DNA of 59,962 nt from Candidatus Zixiibacteriota bacterium (GTDB lineage: Bacteria > Zixibacteria > MSB-5A5 > GN15 > FEB-12): assembly GCA_020348905.1 (NCBI GenBank), contig CP070756.1, positions 2,982,074 through 3,042,035 on the forward strand, read 5' to 3'. This document shows positions 44,423 to 54,359 of this stretch, piece by piece. Position numbers and translations under genes: made by a program. The stretch's first letter is position 1, and the number at the start of each line of letters is the position of its first letter. Below the pieces are notes generated by a model. That model saw nothing but the letters and a program-made list of their open reading frames with translations. It ran no database searches and was not told the origin of the DNA.

Positions 44423-45310
44423 TTAAGTCTGCTCCTCCGGTGGCCAGAATTCGTGGAGAATGTTCCTCAAGGCAAGGTTGAACGCCAGTGGCGCTTCCAG
44501 ATGCGGAAAGTGTCCAATACCCTTAATGATCTCCACTTCGAATGATTCGGCGACGCTCCGGTTACCTTCTACGTCAGTCGGCCATCTGTCACTGTTGATT
44601 GCCCGGATGGGCTTGCGCATATCGGTCAGGGCCGCGCCTACGTCGTGAGAGAAAACAGCTTCAAAAGACGCCATGGCAATCGCGGAGTCAGCCGCACTCA
44701 TATCAGCCACCACCTCTTCCACAAGGACCGAATCAGCCTCGGGACCGAAAATCTCCCGCACAAACCCCTGGGCACTGACCACGAAACTGTCGCGAAACGG
44801 CGCCAGAAATTCCTCAACCTGATCCGTTGGAGCCTTCTGGGACATCCGCTGAAAGGTGTCGGCTCCCACCAGCGCCACCGTCCGGTCGGGTATTCGACGG
44901 GCCGCCTCGACGCAGATCGGCCCCCCCATAGAATGACCGACCAGAATCACCTCTTTCACATCGAGCGCATTCACCACTGCGGCAACATCGTCTCCAAACC
45001 GCCCTAACGTCCATTCGGCGCGATTAGCCCCCGATTTCCCGTGTCCGGCAAGGTCGACCGTTACGACCCGGAATTCATCGGCAAACGCCTCTACCTGGCG
45101 CGCCCAATGGCTGCCGTCGCAGCTCCAGCCGTGAACGAAGACCACCGCCCGGTCACCCCCACCGTGCGACTGGTAATAGATCATGACACTGTCAGCCGAG
45201 GCTACCGAATCAGCGATTACCATCAACTCGGGTGCTTGCGCGGATTCTTTCTGGCAGCCTGCGGCAATCACCAGGACCAACGCCAGCGAAACGAAACCCA
45301 GCTTCTTCAT
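44423..45310 (-). CDS. Alpha/beta-fold hydrolase lipoprotein
   Basis: It has lipobox AAGC, oxyanion VFVHGW, nucleophile elbow GHSMGG and a C-terminal GIGHFPHLE histidine motif. Confidence 0.85.
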   Translation of the reverse strand: MKKLGFVSLALVLVIAAGCQKESAQAPELMVIADSVASADSVMIYYQSHGGGDRAVVFVHGWSCDGSHWARQVEAFADEFRVVTVDLAGHGKSGANRAEWTLGRFGDDVAAVVNALDVKEVILVGHSMGGPICVEAARRIPDRTVALVGADTFQRMSQKAPTDQVEEFLAPFRDSFVVSAQGFVREIFGPEADSVLVEEVVADMSAADSAIAMASFEAVFSHDVGAALTDMRKPIRAINSDRWPTDVEGNRSVAESFEVEIIKGIGHFPHLEAPLAFNLALRNILHEFWPPEEQT

Positions 45311-45658
45311 GACTCACCTATCCTCCATCGACAATCAATTAATACTCACCGGAATACAAAACGATTCTCCTGCATTGAGAACCACCTAAAAGACATCTTA
45401 CTCTTCCACCCTGATTTTCGCAACGGAATTTCCGGGTTTGCCAATCCCGGGCTTCGAACGAGAGAGACCAACCGTCCGGGACGGTTTTTTCGCAAGTGCT
45501 TATTCCCCAAAGAAATCGGGGGCCCAATTAAGGCCCGAGACCCCCAATCAAAACGGGCCACATCTTCGTTTCTCTTGCAACGTGGGTCAAAATTATTATC
45601 TTTAGGATAGATCCTTTTGGCCGGGTAACCTGGAAATACCAAACAAGGGGCTCTGCCC

Positions 45659-48319
45659 ATGGCGGCAGACGAATCAAACGACGATCAGACTCAGTCCTTC
45701 GTCGCTCTGGCAAAAGACACCGCGGTTTCACACTACACGATTATCGACAAGATTGGGTCAGGGGGGATGGGTGACGTGTACCTGGCCTGGGACACCGAGC
45801 TTGACCGCACCGTTGCCCTCAAATTCCTGCACCTCAATCTCTGCCGGGCCGAGGATTGTCGCAAGCGCTTCAAGCGCGAGGCTCAGGCCGCGGCAAGACT
45901 GGACCACGCCAACATTGTCACCGTCCATGAAGTCGGCGAGTTCCAGGGCCGACCGTATTTCGTAATGCAGCATGTTGAAGGGCACTCGCTGCGGCATTTG
46001 ATTAAACAGCGAGAACTCTCCCTTGAGCAAACCATCGACCTGGCGATCCAGATTTGCGAAGGACTTCGCGAAGCGCATGAGCTTGGCATCATTCATCGAG
46101 ACATCAAATCCTCCAATATCCTGCTCGACGGCCGCGGCAACCCGAAGTTGGTGGACTTTGGCCTGGCCACTATTGCCGGCACCGACAAACTGACCAAGCC
46201 GGGCTCTACGATGGGGACGGTTGGGTATATGTCGCCGGAACAGGCCGAGGGCAAACAAGTTGACCAGCGGTCCGACCTGTTTTCCCTTGGCGTCGTCCTG
46301 TATGAGATGATCACCGGGCGGCGTCCCTTCGACCGTGATAATGAAATCGCCACCAGCAAAGCCATCGTAACCGATACGGCCGAGCCACTGGCGCGGTACA
46401 AATCCGGAATCCCGGCCGAGCTTCAGCACTCGATCGAAAAGGCGCTGCAGAAGGATCCGGACACGCGCTATCAAAGTGTTAACGAATTTCTGGCCGACCT
46501 GCGCTTGATTAAGCGGCAGATGGATTCAGGCATAACCGGGCCATCAGCCGAGCAGCTGTCGCCGCGCAGACCAGGGCGCCGCGGGGCGGCCGTCGCAGTG
46601 CTCTTCTTAACGGCCCTGGCCGTTATGTTCTGGCTAAACCCGACCATCCGGCAAGCAGCCTTGGAGATGTTGGGATTCGACGTGGATCGCACAGCCCGGC
46701 ATCTGGCCGTGTTGCCCTTTACAAACCTCGGTGAGACCGATGAAGGCCGCGCGCTATGCGATGGCCTGTTGGAAACGCTAACCAGCAAACTCACCGAAAT
46801 TGAAAAATTCCAATCCGCGCTCTGGGTCGTGCCGGCCAGCGAGGTGCGCCAGCGGAAAGTCAACAGTGCCAGCCAGGCCCGTCGGACCTTTGGTGCTACT
46901 CTGGCTGTCACCGGCAGCCTTCAGCAGATTGACGGGTACATCCGCATGACCCTGAACCTGGTCGATACGAAAACACAACGCCAACTCCGGTCGGTGGTAA
47001 TCGATGATTCGGCTGCCGACGTTTCATCACTCCAGGATTCAACCGTGCTTATGCTGGCGGATATGCTTCAGGTACAGCTCCAGCCGCAGCAACGGCAGAG
47101 CCTGATGGCCGGAGGCACCGCCGAACGTGAAGCGTACTTGCTTTACGTTAAGGCGCGTGGACACCTGGCCCGGTTTGAAAAAATAGAGAATATCGACACG
47201 GCCATTGCGGCATTCAAGCAAGCGCTTGACATCGACTCAGCCTATTCCCTGGCTTATGCCGGACTGGGGGAAGCTTACTGTCGCAAGTATGAAGTCCTCG
47301 CCGAACCGGATTACGAGGAATTGGCCATATACAACAGCCGGCGAGCCATCGAACTCAATGATGAGGCTGCTCCTGTTTACGCCACCCTGGGCGTCATTCA
47401 TCATGGCCGGGGCAGGTATGAACAGGCCGTTTCGCAATTCGAGCAGGCCCTGAGACTCGATTCAGCCAGCCGCAGCTCCTATCGCGGACTGGCTGCCGCC
47501 TACACGGCCCTTAATAAGAATCCCGAAGCCGAATCCACGTACAAGGAAATCATCAAGTTGTGGCCCGACCACTGGTCAGGCTACGTAGACCTGGGGCTGT
47601 TCTACCAGCGGCGCGGTCGCGTCGACGACGCACTCGCCCAGGTGGACCGCGCCACCCGCCTTGAACCGGAGGGTTATGCTGCCTGGAATAACGTGGGCGT
47701 TCTATACTATCGGTTGGGGCGATATGATGACGCCCGCAAAGCCTGGGAACGGTCCTGTGAGATTGAACTGACCTTCGGAACCTGCTCCAACCTGGGCATG
47801 CTTTACCATACGGAGAAACGTTATCAGGAGGCCGCCGAGGCCTACCGGAAGGCGCTGGTACTGAACGACCAGGATTACCGGCTCTGGATAAACCTTGCCT
47901 CGTCCCTGTATCAGGTACCGGGAGCTCGCGAGGAAGCCGTTACCGCCTACCGGGAGGCCATCGTAAGAGCCGAACGACAATTGACAATAAATCCTCGAGG
48001 TACCGAACTGTTGTCCAGCCTGGCCGATTGCTATGCCGTGCTTGGTGACCGTAACAGGGCCATATCGTACATTCAGCAGGCGTTATCTCAAGCCCCCGAC
48101 GATGTAGAGGTCATGAGCACCGCCTGCCTCGTTTACGAGCTCCTCGGCGAGCGCGATACCGCCCTGATGTGGATAGCGGAGGCTGTCAACCGCGGACACC
48201 TGCCTGACGACATCGAATCGCTGCCGGAGATGCAGGGTCTGACCGGCGATCCGAGGTATCAGGATCTTATCAGCACCGGCAGCGTTGAATCCCGGGGGGA
48301 TACGACTTCACGTCGGTAG
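45659..48319 (+). CDS. Ser/Thr protein kinase with TM segment, periplasmic domain and C-terminal TPR repeats
   Basis: Kinase motifs are GSGGMGDVY, VALK, HRDIKSSN, DFGLA, GYMSPE. The TM helix is AAVAVLFLTALAVMFWL. Multiple TPRs follow (AYAGLGEAY, VYATLGVIHH, AWNNVGVLYY ...). Confidence 0.9.
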   Translation: MAADESNDDQTQSFVALAKDTAVSHYTIIDKIGSGGMGDVYLAWDTELDRTVALKFLHLNLCRAEDCRKRFKREAQAAARLDHANIVTVHEVGEFQGRPYFVMQHVEGHSLRHLIKQRELSLEQTIDLAIQICEGLREAHELGIIHRDIKSSNILLDGRGNPKLVDFGLATIAGTDKLTKPGSTMGTVGYMSPEQAEGKQVDQRSDLFSLGVVLYEMITGRRPFDRDNEIATSKAIVTDTAEPLARYKSGIPAELQHSIEKALQKDPDTRYQSVNEFLADLRLIKRQMDSGITGPSAEQLSPRRPGRRGAAVAVLFLTALAVMFWLNPTIRQAALEMLGFDVDRTARHLAVLPFTNLGETDEGRALCDGLLETLTSKLTEIEKFQSALWVVPASEVRQRKVNSASQARRTFGATLAVTGSLQQIDGYIRMTLNLVDTKTQRQLRSVVIDDSAADVSSLQDSTVLMLADMLQVQLQPQQRQSLMAGGTAEREAYLLYVKARGHLARFEKIENIDTAIAAFKQALDIDSAYSLAYAGLGEAYCRKYEVLAEPDYEELAIYNSRRAIELNDEAAPVYATLGVIHHGRGRYEQAVSQFEQALRLDSASRSSYRGLAAAYTALNKNPEAESTYKEIIKLWPDHWSGYVDLGLFYQRRGRVDDALAQVDRATRLEPEGYAAWNNVGVLYYRLGRYDDARKAWERSCEIELTFGTCSNLGMLYHTEKRYQEAAEAYRKALVLNDQDYRLWINLASSLYQVPGAREEAVTAYREAIVRAERQLTINPRGTELLSSLADCYAVLGDRNRAISYIQQALSQAPDDVEVMSTACLVYELLGERDTALMWIAEAVNRGHLPDDIESLPEMQGLTGDPRYQDLISTGSVESRGDTTSRR

Positions 48320-48412
48320 TCGTCAGTAAAGAGAAACTTCACTCAGGACATTATACCTGTAACTATAAACAGACGCAGGAGCACTTTACTTTCAGTAACG
48401 CAGGAGGTTCAA

Positions 48413-48697
48413 ATGACACACTACGTGGTGATTTTCAAAGACGGCGCCGCGTACAAAATCGCCGGAGGTCGTCCGCACGTAAATAAGGGGGACACGGTTC
48501 GCTTTTTCAACCTTGCCGATTACGACGCGGATGTAACCTTCGACCGCGCGAAACTGCCAGGCGGCAATTTCAAGCTCAAAGCCAAAGGCAAGGCCGTAAG
48601 CAAGACAAAGGTTCAGCCGGGCTTCTATCCTTATACCGTGAAGCTTGGCAAGAAAGAGGCCAAAGCGTCCAAGCCGATAGCGATTGTCTATCCTTAA
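48413..48697 (+). CDS. Hypothetical small protein (94 aa)
   Basis: A strong RBS (ggaggt) lies 6 nt upstream of the ATG. The product is Lys-rich and beta-like (GDTVRFFNL, FYPYTVKLG) and possibly has a cupredoxin-like fold. No family was recognised. Confidence 0.55.
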   Translation: MTHYVVIFKDGAAYKIAGGRPHVNKGDTVRFFNLADYDADVTFDRAKLPGGNFKLKAKGKAVSKTKVQPGFYPYTVKLGKKEAKASKPIAIVYP

Positions 48698-48748
48698 CTG
48701 AGATCGAGCTGTCTCTCTGCACCTGGGCGCGGTTTATAGGCCAACGGG

Positions 48749-49561
48749 CTATTCGCCGTAATTGGCCGCTAAAAATTCATGCCATCCCGCATTCAGTGTA
48801 GCCATAGTAACGTCCGCGCCCAGGGAATATGCAATCTGGTTCGGATATTTCAGCAGGACCGACACTTTATCGTAGCCGAAGGCACTGAGAAGGTACTCGT
48901 GAATTGTATAGCAGAAATGATAGCCGTAGTTAGCATTGAAGAAATCAGGATTCTCGTATTGCTCGATCAGAGGCAGGTCACCATCAGCGATTCTCTGCCG
49001 GATTAGGTCCCTGTTCGGATACTGATTGGCCTCGAAGACAGCGAAACCTTCAAACAGCCAGGCCGGCGGGTAGAGGGATCCGGAAACAGCCCCCATAATA
49101 CGAAAATGAAAGGCATGCGTCGACTCGTGGACGACTACTATCAGCATCTCACTGTAGCTGTTGATCGGCTCGGAGTTCAAAGGCGAGACTATCTTCAGTT
49201 CATATCCATTTACACATTGTCCGACCAGTGTGCTCGGGATATCATCGGTGGGCCACTCGACATTGTCGTGGAATGTCTCAAAATCGGGATATATCTTCAC
49301 ATCGATAGTATCATTGACGCTGAAGTTGTACAAGGCGCTCACTCGCTGGAGATTGGTTTCTAAAAGCACCCTGATCGTATCGATAACCGCGACATCCCGC
49401 AGAGTACAGTAGTAGTTGAAGTGTGGACTTGATGATCGGAGGATAACAAGGTTATCATTATTCACTTCCGGGGTGGATTCGGTTGGCTTGTCAGATGAGC
49501 ACCCGCAAATCAGAATCGCTGCCAGAAACGCGGCTACCAGCAAGTTACGGTTTGTTGACAT
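48749..49561 (-). CDS. Predicted zinc-metallopeptidase lipoprotein (HExxH)
   Basis: It has lipobox ICGCSS and the motif VVVHESTHAFH, followed by a downstream FEGFAVFE (Glu third-ligand-like, MA-clan pattern). Confidence 0.65.
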   Translation of the reverse strand: MSTNRNLLVAAFLAAILICGCSSDKPTESTPEVNNDNLVILRSSSPHFNYYCTLRDVAVIDTIRVLLETNLQRVSALYNFSVNDTIDVKIYPDFETFHDNVEWPTDDIPSTLVGQCVNGYELKIVSPLNSEPINSYSEMLIVVVHESTHAFHFRIMGAVSGSLYPPAWLFEGFAVFEANQYPNRDLIRQRIADGDLPLIEQYENPDFFNANYGYHFCYTIHEYLLSAFGYDKVSVLLKYPNQIAYSLGADVTMATLNAGWHEFLAANYGE

Positions 49562-49712
49562 TACGGTGTTCCTTTATCGGCTCAGTTTCCTTTGAGTATA
49601 CGGATTGGGGATTATGTTGTTTAATTTTTAAGCCGGCGTCCCACCACTGTAGCGGGGACAATGGGATTCTCTAAAGACAACCGGCACCGGCGAAGCACAA
49701 ATCCATCGATGA

Positions 49713-49800
49713 TGGCGGAGGAGGTAGGATTCGAACCCACGGTACCGTACGGTACAACGGTTTTCAAGACCGCCGCTTTCGACCACTCAGCCACTCCTCC
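49713..49800 (-). tRNA. tRNA-Ser (anticodon TGA)
   Basis: Reverse complement reads GGAGGAGTGGCTGAGTGGTCGAAAGCGGCGGTCTTGAAAACCGT...GGGTTCGAATCCTACCTCCTCCGCCA. It has anticodon loop CTTGAAA, a long variable arm and an encoded CCA. Confidence 0.9.
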
Positions 49801-49966
49801 GATCACATGGTCAAACTCAATAAGAATGCCGCAACCGCCAGTGTCAAGATATTATCCGTGGCTTGATCACGACCCTTATGAGCATCCAGCTTTAGACAAA
49901 AAAAGGGAAGGCCCGAGGGCCTTCCCAGGAAATTATCAGTAACGCCTCCGGTAGGTTGTGTCAGCC

Positions 49967-50899
49967 CTACCTTGACTCAATAAGCTCCCGCAACATGGCA
50001 AACGGCTTGGTGACCGGACCGGTGTGCTCGCAGTAATGCCAGAAAGTCCACCGCGTGGTGGAATTCTCGATTACGACATAGGAACTGTCACCCTCAAATG
50101 TCTCAGTGCGGGTCCAGGTATCGCTAAGCGCGAAGCTCGTATCACCGGTGCATTCGATCCCGATTGTTCCGACATGAGCCAGCGTGCCCGAAGTCGGACA
50201 ACCACCGGCATCCATCACTGCCAGCATACCTTCGATTTCAGTCGCTGTCCCTGTAACATCGAGAGTGGCCGCACAATTCTGGTTTTGACCGGCCAGGTCC
50301 AGATCGAAACTTCTCGTTCCGTTGATGGTAACCAGACCGCGGGTGGCAATCTCACCCGTTACGTTCACATTCTGGGCGGCATTGGCCGTCAGGCTGCCAC
50401 TGTCGTTGGTCATCGTCCACGTCAGTAGAACTCCGTTGCTGATTCCAGTCAGCAGATCCTCAATGGGCCACTTAACGGGCGTGTCACCGTGCAGAAACTG
50501 AACTGAATCCCTGATCACACCGGTGTAAATCTCTAAGCCTGCCTGCCCTTGATGATTAGTGTCAATGGTCTGATAATACAGATACCAGTATTCGCTGTCC
50601 TCGTGGTAGACTATTTCTCCCGAGTCACCTTCCGTGCCCAGCACCTTCGCCGATGACGCCAGGCTCGCGGAATCTTCGAGCACGGTGTCAAGTACCAGGT
50701 CCATCCAGAACAACAGTGAATCAGTATACAGGGCGGCACCCGCGAAGGCGTCCTCCGCCGTCAGGAACTCAAGATCGGTCAGTTCACCATCTTGCTTGAT
50801 GATTGGATCGGTGGCGCTGTCATCATCGTCTTTACCGCAGCTTACCACCAGCGTCAGCATCAGCCCGGCAATCAGTAACAGAAGTAGAGTCTTTTTCAT
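49967..50899 (-). CDS. Hypothetical lipoprotein
   Basis: The 310-aa product has a signal peptide with lipobox VVSCGKDDDD. It is Thr/Gly-rich with beta content. No family was recognised. Confidence 0.55.
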   Translation of the reverse strand: MKKTLLLLLIAGLMLTLVVSCGKDDDDSATDPIIKQDGELTDLEFLTAEDAFAGAALYTDSLLFWMDLVLDTVLEDSASLASSAKVLGTEGDSGEIVYHEDSEYWYLYYQTIDTNHQGQAGLEIYTGVIRDSVQFLHGDTPVKWPIEDLLTGISNGVLLTWTMTNDSGSLTANAAQNVNVTGEIATRGLVTINGTRSFDLDLAGQNQNCAATLDVTGTATEIEGMLAVMDAGGCPTSGTLAHVGTIGIECTGDTSFALSDTWTRTETFEGDSSYVVIENSTTRWTFWHYCEHTGPVTKPFAMLRELIESR

Positions 50900-51020
50900 T
50901 TAGAATCCTCCTTAGTTTCTTTGTTAAATCCTGCTCCTCACCGTATTAATTCGGCTCTGCCCAAAGCAATATTTAACTTTGAGGAAATTTTGACTGAAAA
51001 AAAACCGGGAGCTCCGAAGG

Positions 51021-52229
51021 CTACTTTCGGACCGCCTGCGGGCCGCCGTAAAGCCCTATGTGAGATACACTTCCGTCGGGGTTGTAGATGGCGCTATCGC
51101 CGCCATGGAGTCCCGGCGAATCCGCCATCAGATCAAAATTGCCGTCGCCGACAAACAGAGGGTCCTCGCTGATATTACCGGCCAGCCCGGTCTGGTCCCG
51201 GATATCCCAATAGTTGCCCTCAACATTTTCCCAGACAATGTTGTGCCGGAACTCCCACTTGGCCCAATCGCCGTAATTCGCAACACCCACGCAGGGACAA
51301 ATCCACTGCTCTTTCCAGCCGTTGCCAACAACGATATTGTTGACGATTCTTCCGCGGCACTCAGTCGAAAACGGGGCGATACCGCAATTACCGTTACGGT
51401 AAACCACGTTGTTGGTAATATCCATGTAAGCCTGTCCGGTTGCTATTATCCCCCATCCGAGATTTTCGTGGACAAGGTTGTTTCGGGCTATGACCCAGGC
51501 CGATTCGAAAGCACCTATCCCCTTCCAGTACCCGGATATCTCGTTGCGATAGGCCACGCAGGTTGCATCCCACGTAACACCAATCCCTGCTCCTCGCCCG
51601 TCCTTGATGACACAATCGGTGATGGTGGCCGAGGCTCCGCGGTAGAGGGCCACCCCGTCCCAGCTGTTATTAGCGATAGTACACCCTGTAACTGAAATCT
51701 GGGCCCCTTCCCTGCCGACGACACCTGCGATTCCGACCGGCGTGGCATCAACAACATGATCATTGTTCACAATATCGCACTCCTCGATAGCCACTCGCGA
51801 GTTTCTCACGAAAACTGCCGCGTCGCTGGCCATCTCCAGTGAATCGCGTCTGCCCCCGGTAATAGTCAGGTTCTTCACCACCGAACCGACCGAGTTCTCG
51901 AAATACAAACCGTAACCGGCCTTGGTAACCAGACGCGTTTCCGACCGCGATTTCCCTCTTATCACCAGGGCTTTGTCTTTGACGACAAACCCGATCGAGG
52001 CCTGGATGGGTGTCTGAGCTTCCTGACAGTTTCCGCAAAGCGGATCTATAAACGCTGTCGGAAATGCTTCGAATGTTTTGGCAGCCAGTATGATCGTATC
52101 ACCGTCGGAAGCGAAATCAATAACCGACTGAAGATTTGAGCCTCGCTCCACCGTAAGGGTTACTCCAGGCGCCACGCCGCCTACGCATAGCAACAAGATT
52201 GCCACCAAGGTCATTATGTACCTTCCCAT
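51021..52229 (-). CDS. Right-handed parallel beta-helix repeat protein (NosD/pectate-lyase fold), secreted
   Basis: It has a signal peptide and repeated ~22-aa PbH1-like turns (ITGG.., IVNND.., IANNSWDGVAL, IKDGRGAGIGV, ARNNLVHEN.GWGI, TNNVVYRNGNCGI, VNNIVVGNG). Confidence 0.75.
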   Translation of the reverse strand: MGRYIMTLVAILLLCVGGVAPGVTLTVERGSNLQSVIDFASDGDTIILAAKTFEAFPTAFIDPLCGNCQEAQTPIQASIGFVVKDKALVIRGKSRSETRLVTKAGYGLYFENSVGSVVKNLTITGGRRDSLEMASDAAVFVRNSRVAIEECDIVNNDHVVDATPVGIAGVVGREGAQISVTGCTIANNSWDGVALYRGASATITDCVIKDGRGAGIGVTWDATCVAYRNEISGYWKGIGAFESAWVIARNNLVHENLGWGIIATGQAYMDITNNVVYRNGNCGIAPFSTECRGRIVNNIVVGNGWKEQWICPCVGVANYGDWAKWEFRHNIVWENVEGNYWDIRDQTGLAGNISEDPLFVGDGNFDLMADSPGLHGGDSAIYNPDGSVSHIGLYGGPQAVRK

Positions 52230-52312
52230 ATCGCAATAGAACCTATATCCGAGATCGAATACAACTTAAAATAAGCCTCGGGTATCACCGAAGCGGCAAT
52301 TGAGGGCACGCT

Positions 52313-52350
52313 CCGAAGCCGGGAACCAATGACCCGTTTCGGCACTTTTT
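52313..52350 (+). promoter_or_regulatory. Terminator-like hairpin in the 5' leader of the ZIP transporter gene
   Basis: The arm ccgaagccggg (52313-52323) pairs with cccgtttcgg (52333-52342), giving 10 bp with one bulge. The sequence cac-TTTTT follows. The hairpin lies ~100 nt upstream of the ATG at 52448. Confidence 0.4.
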
Positions 52351-52447
52351 AATTGACGGTCCTGATGCGCGATTGGGATATTGTTAGTACCAGGCTCAGA
52401 TCGGGCAGCAACTGTACCGAACAAGAATTCTAAAGCGGGGTGAGTAT

Positions 52448-53212
52448 ATGTCAATTATCATGATGGGAATATTGGCCAGCACCGGAGCCGGACTGCTTAG
52501 CGGCGTGGGAGCGTTGCCGGCAATCTTTTTCAAAAACGTTCCTGACAAAGTAATCAACACCATGCTGGGCGCCGCCGCCGGCGTTATGCTCGCCGCTACT
52601 TCGTTTTCACTGATAGTCCCCGGAATTGAACACGGCGACACTATATGGCCGGGATGGGGTGCTTACATAGTGGTTTTCGGCATGCTGCTGGGAGCTGTCG
52701 TTCTCGACCGGGTGGACAAGATGCTGCCTCACGAACACTTCTTCATCGGTCGCGAAGGCCCCGACACAAGGCTAAAGAAGATCTGGCTGTTTATAATTGC
52801 GATAACGATACACAATTTTCCCGAAGGTCTGGCGGTAGGTGTCGGGTTCGGCACCGGCGATGTAGGCGCCGGGCTTAGTCTGGCAATAGGTATCGGTCTG
52901 CAGAATATGCCCGAAGGACTGGCGGTGGCCCTGCCCCTGCTGGGGCTCGGCTACAGCCGCTGGGCCGCTATCAGTATCGCCACCCTGACCGGCCTGGTGG
53001 AAGGGGTTGGAGGGCTGCTGGGCGTTGGAGCCGTAACGATCTTCAACCCGATTCTTCCCTTCGGTCTGGCCTTTGCCGCCGGGGCTATGCTTTTCGTTAT
53101 CAGCGATGAGATTATTCCGGAAACTCACTCCAAGGGCAAATCACGGCTGGCCACCTTCGGGGTGATGGTCGGATTTGTTATCATGATGGCTATGGACAAC
53201 GTCCTGGGTTGA
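52448..53212 (+). CDS. zupT: ZIP-family divalent metal (zinc) transporter
   Basis: It has 8 predicted TM helices. The signature is IHNFPEGLAVG and QNMPEGLAV, with the ZupT-like length of 254 aa. Confidence 0.85.
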   Translation: MSIIMMGILASTGAGLLSGVGALPAIFFKNVPDKVINTMLGAAAGVMLAATSFSLIVPGIEHGDTIWPGWGAYIVVFGMLLGAVVLDRVDKMLPHEHFFIGREGPDTRLKKIWLFIIAITIHNFPEGLAVGVGFGTGDVGAGLSLAIGIGLQNMPEGLAVALPLLGLGYSRWAAISIATLTGLVEGVGGLLGVGAVTIFNPILPFGLAFAAGAMLFVISDEIIPETHSKGKSRLATFGVMVGFVIMMAMDNVLG

Positions 53213-53234
53213 TTATATACCGGGGAGGGACAAC

Positions 53235-54350
53235 ATGTCATTGCCGTCAGCAGTACTGCTGTCGCGCCAGGCTCTGCATCCGTCTCGACGACACCCGTGG
53301 GTGGCAAAATCCATCGACGCGGTTAAATATCTGAAGCAACATAACCACAGGCTCTGCTCATCGACAAACGTCCAGACCTGGGAGATGCTCACCGCCCTCG
53401 GAAGTCTCTACGGGCTCGAACTGGAAATTCACCTCCCCTGCCACGACGAGCAACAGTTTCAGGCTTTGTCGTCTGATGCTGTTGAACAGTTTGACCTGAA
53501 CCCCCGAGAAACGCAGTTCGTACCGGTACTGGCAGATCCAGCAAAAACCACACGGAAAGATCTCTGGCTCGGCCGCGACAAAAGCATAATCGAGCGCGCT
53601 GACATTATCCTCCCTGTTAGCGTTCGTGCGGGCGGAAAGATGGAGTCAATGATCAAGGAGGCAGGAAATAACGGAAAAACCGTCTGCCGTGACTTCGCCG
53701 CACCCTATCGGTATCGCAAGTCTCCCCTGTCCTATCGGATCACCGGCAGAAAGCTTAACCCTCAACTGCGAGAACTGGGACGCACCTATCTTATTCACTG
53801 GACCCGAACCTTCAACTCGGCCTGGCCTACCGAGAAACTCCTGGATTTTTACCGGGCCATAGTTGAGTCGGACACTTACCCGCGCACCGCTTGCGGTAGT
53901 CTCAGAAATATCGTTTCCATGCAACTAATCAAGGCCACCTCGAAACATATGCCGGAGAACACGCCCACCGTCTCATTTTCAAATCGTCCGCCAGCCGAGA
54001 TGACCAGTCTGATAGCGTGGCGCTCACGCTACCGCATGATGTCGTTTGAACCGTACGGGATAGGTATAGAGAAAGGGCTTGCAAGGCAGATGAATATCAT
54101 GCCCGTCGTCTATTATGATAAAGCGCAGCCATCAGTCAGCAAATGTAATGTCAGAACGCCGGGATGGCTGACCCAATCGCGGGGCGAGAAGACTGACTGG
54201 AGTCTGGAGGATGAATACCGGCATCTCGGTGACTTGAATCTCTCGTCGATTTCGAAAGATCGGCTGATTCTTATCTGCCGCACCAGCCCCGAGGCCGAAG
54301 CGATAGCGAATCTCAGTGGAGTAACCGCGGTACCATTTACAGTTGACTGA
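53235..54350 (+). CDS. Fusion protein: DprA/SLOG-like Rossmann domain plus AbiGi-like domain (function unknown)
   Basis: It has an RBS (ggggaggg). The N-terminal half reads AVLLSRQ...CSS...RDKSIIERADIILPVSVRAGGKMESMIKEA..GKTV (DprA/SLOG-like). The C-terminal half reads YLIHWTR...VSFS...FEPYGIGIEKGLARQMNIMPVVYY...EDEYRH (AbiGi-like pattern). Confidence 0.6.
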   Translation: MSLPSAVLLSRQALHPSRRHPWVAKSIDAVKYLKQHNHRLCSSTNVQTWEMLTALGSLYGLELEIHLPCHDEQQFQALSSDAVEQFDLNPRETQFVPVLADPAKTTRKDLWLGRDKSIIERADIILPVSVRAGGKMESMIKEAGNNGKTVCRDFAAPYRYRKSPLSYRITGRKLNPQLRELGRTYLIHWTRTFNSAWPTEKLLDFYRAIVESDTYPRTACGSLRNIVSMQLIKATSKHMPENTPTVSFSNRPPAEMTSLIAWRSRYRMMSFEPYGIGIEKGLARQMNIMPVVYYDKAQPSVSKCNVRTPGWLTQSRGEKTDWSLEDEYRHLGDLNLSSISKDRLILICRTSPEAEAIANLSGVTAVPFTVD

Positions 54351-54359
54351 AAATTTGCC

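Noticed and set aside
45758-46474. A 238-aa ORF on the - strand (and several shorter ones) inside the STK-TPR kinase gene.
   Set aside because: It is antisense to a kinase domain with all Hanks motifs. It is Arg/Gly-rich and a shadow ORF.
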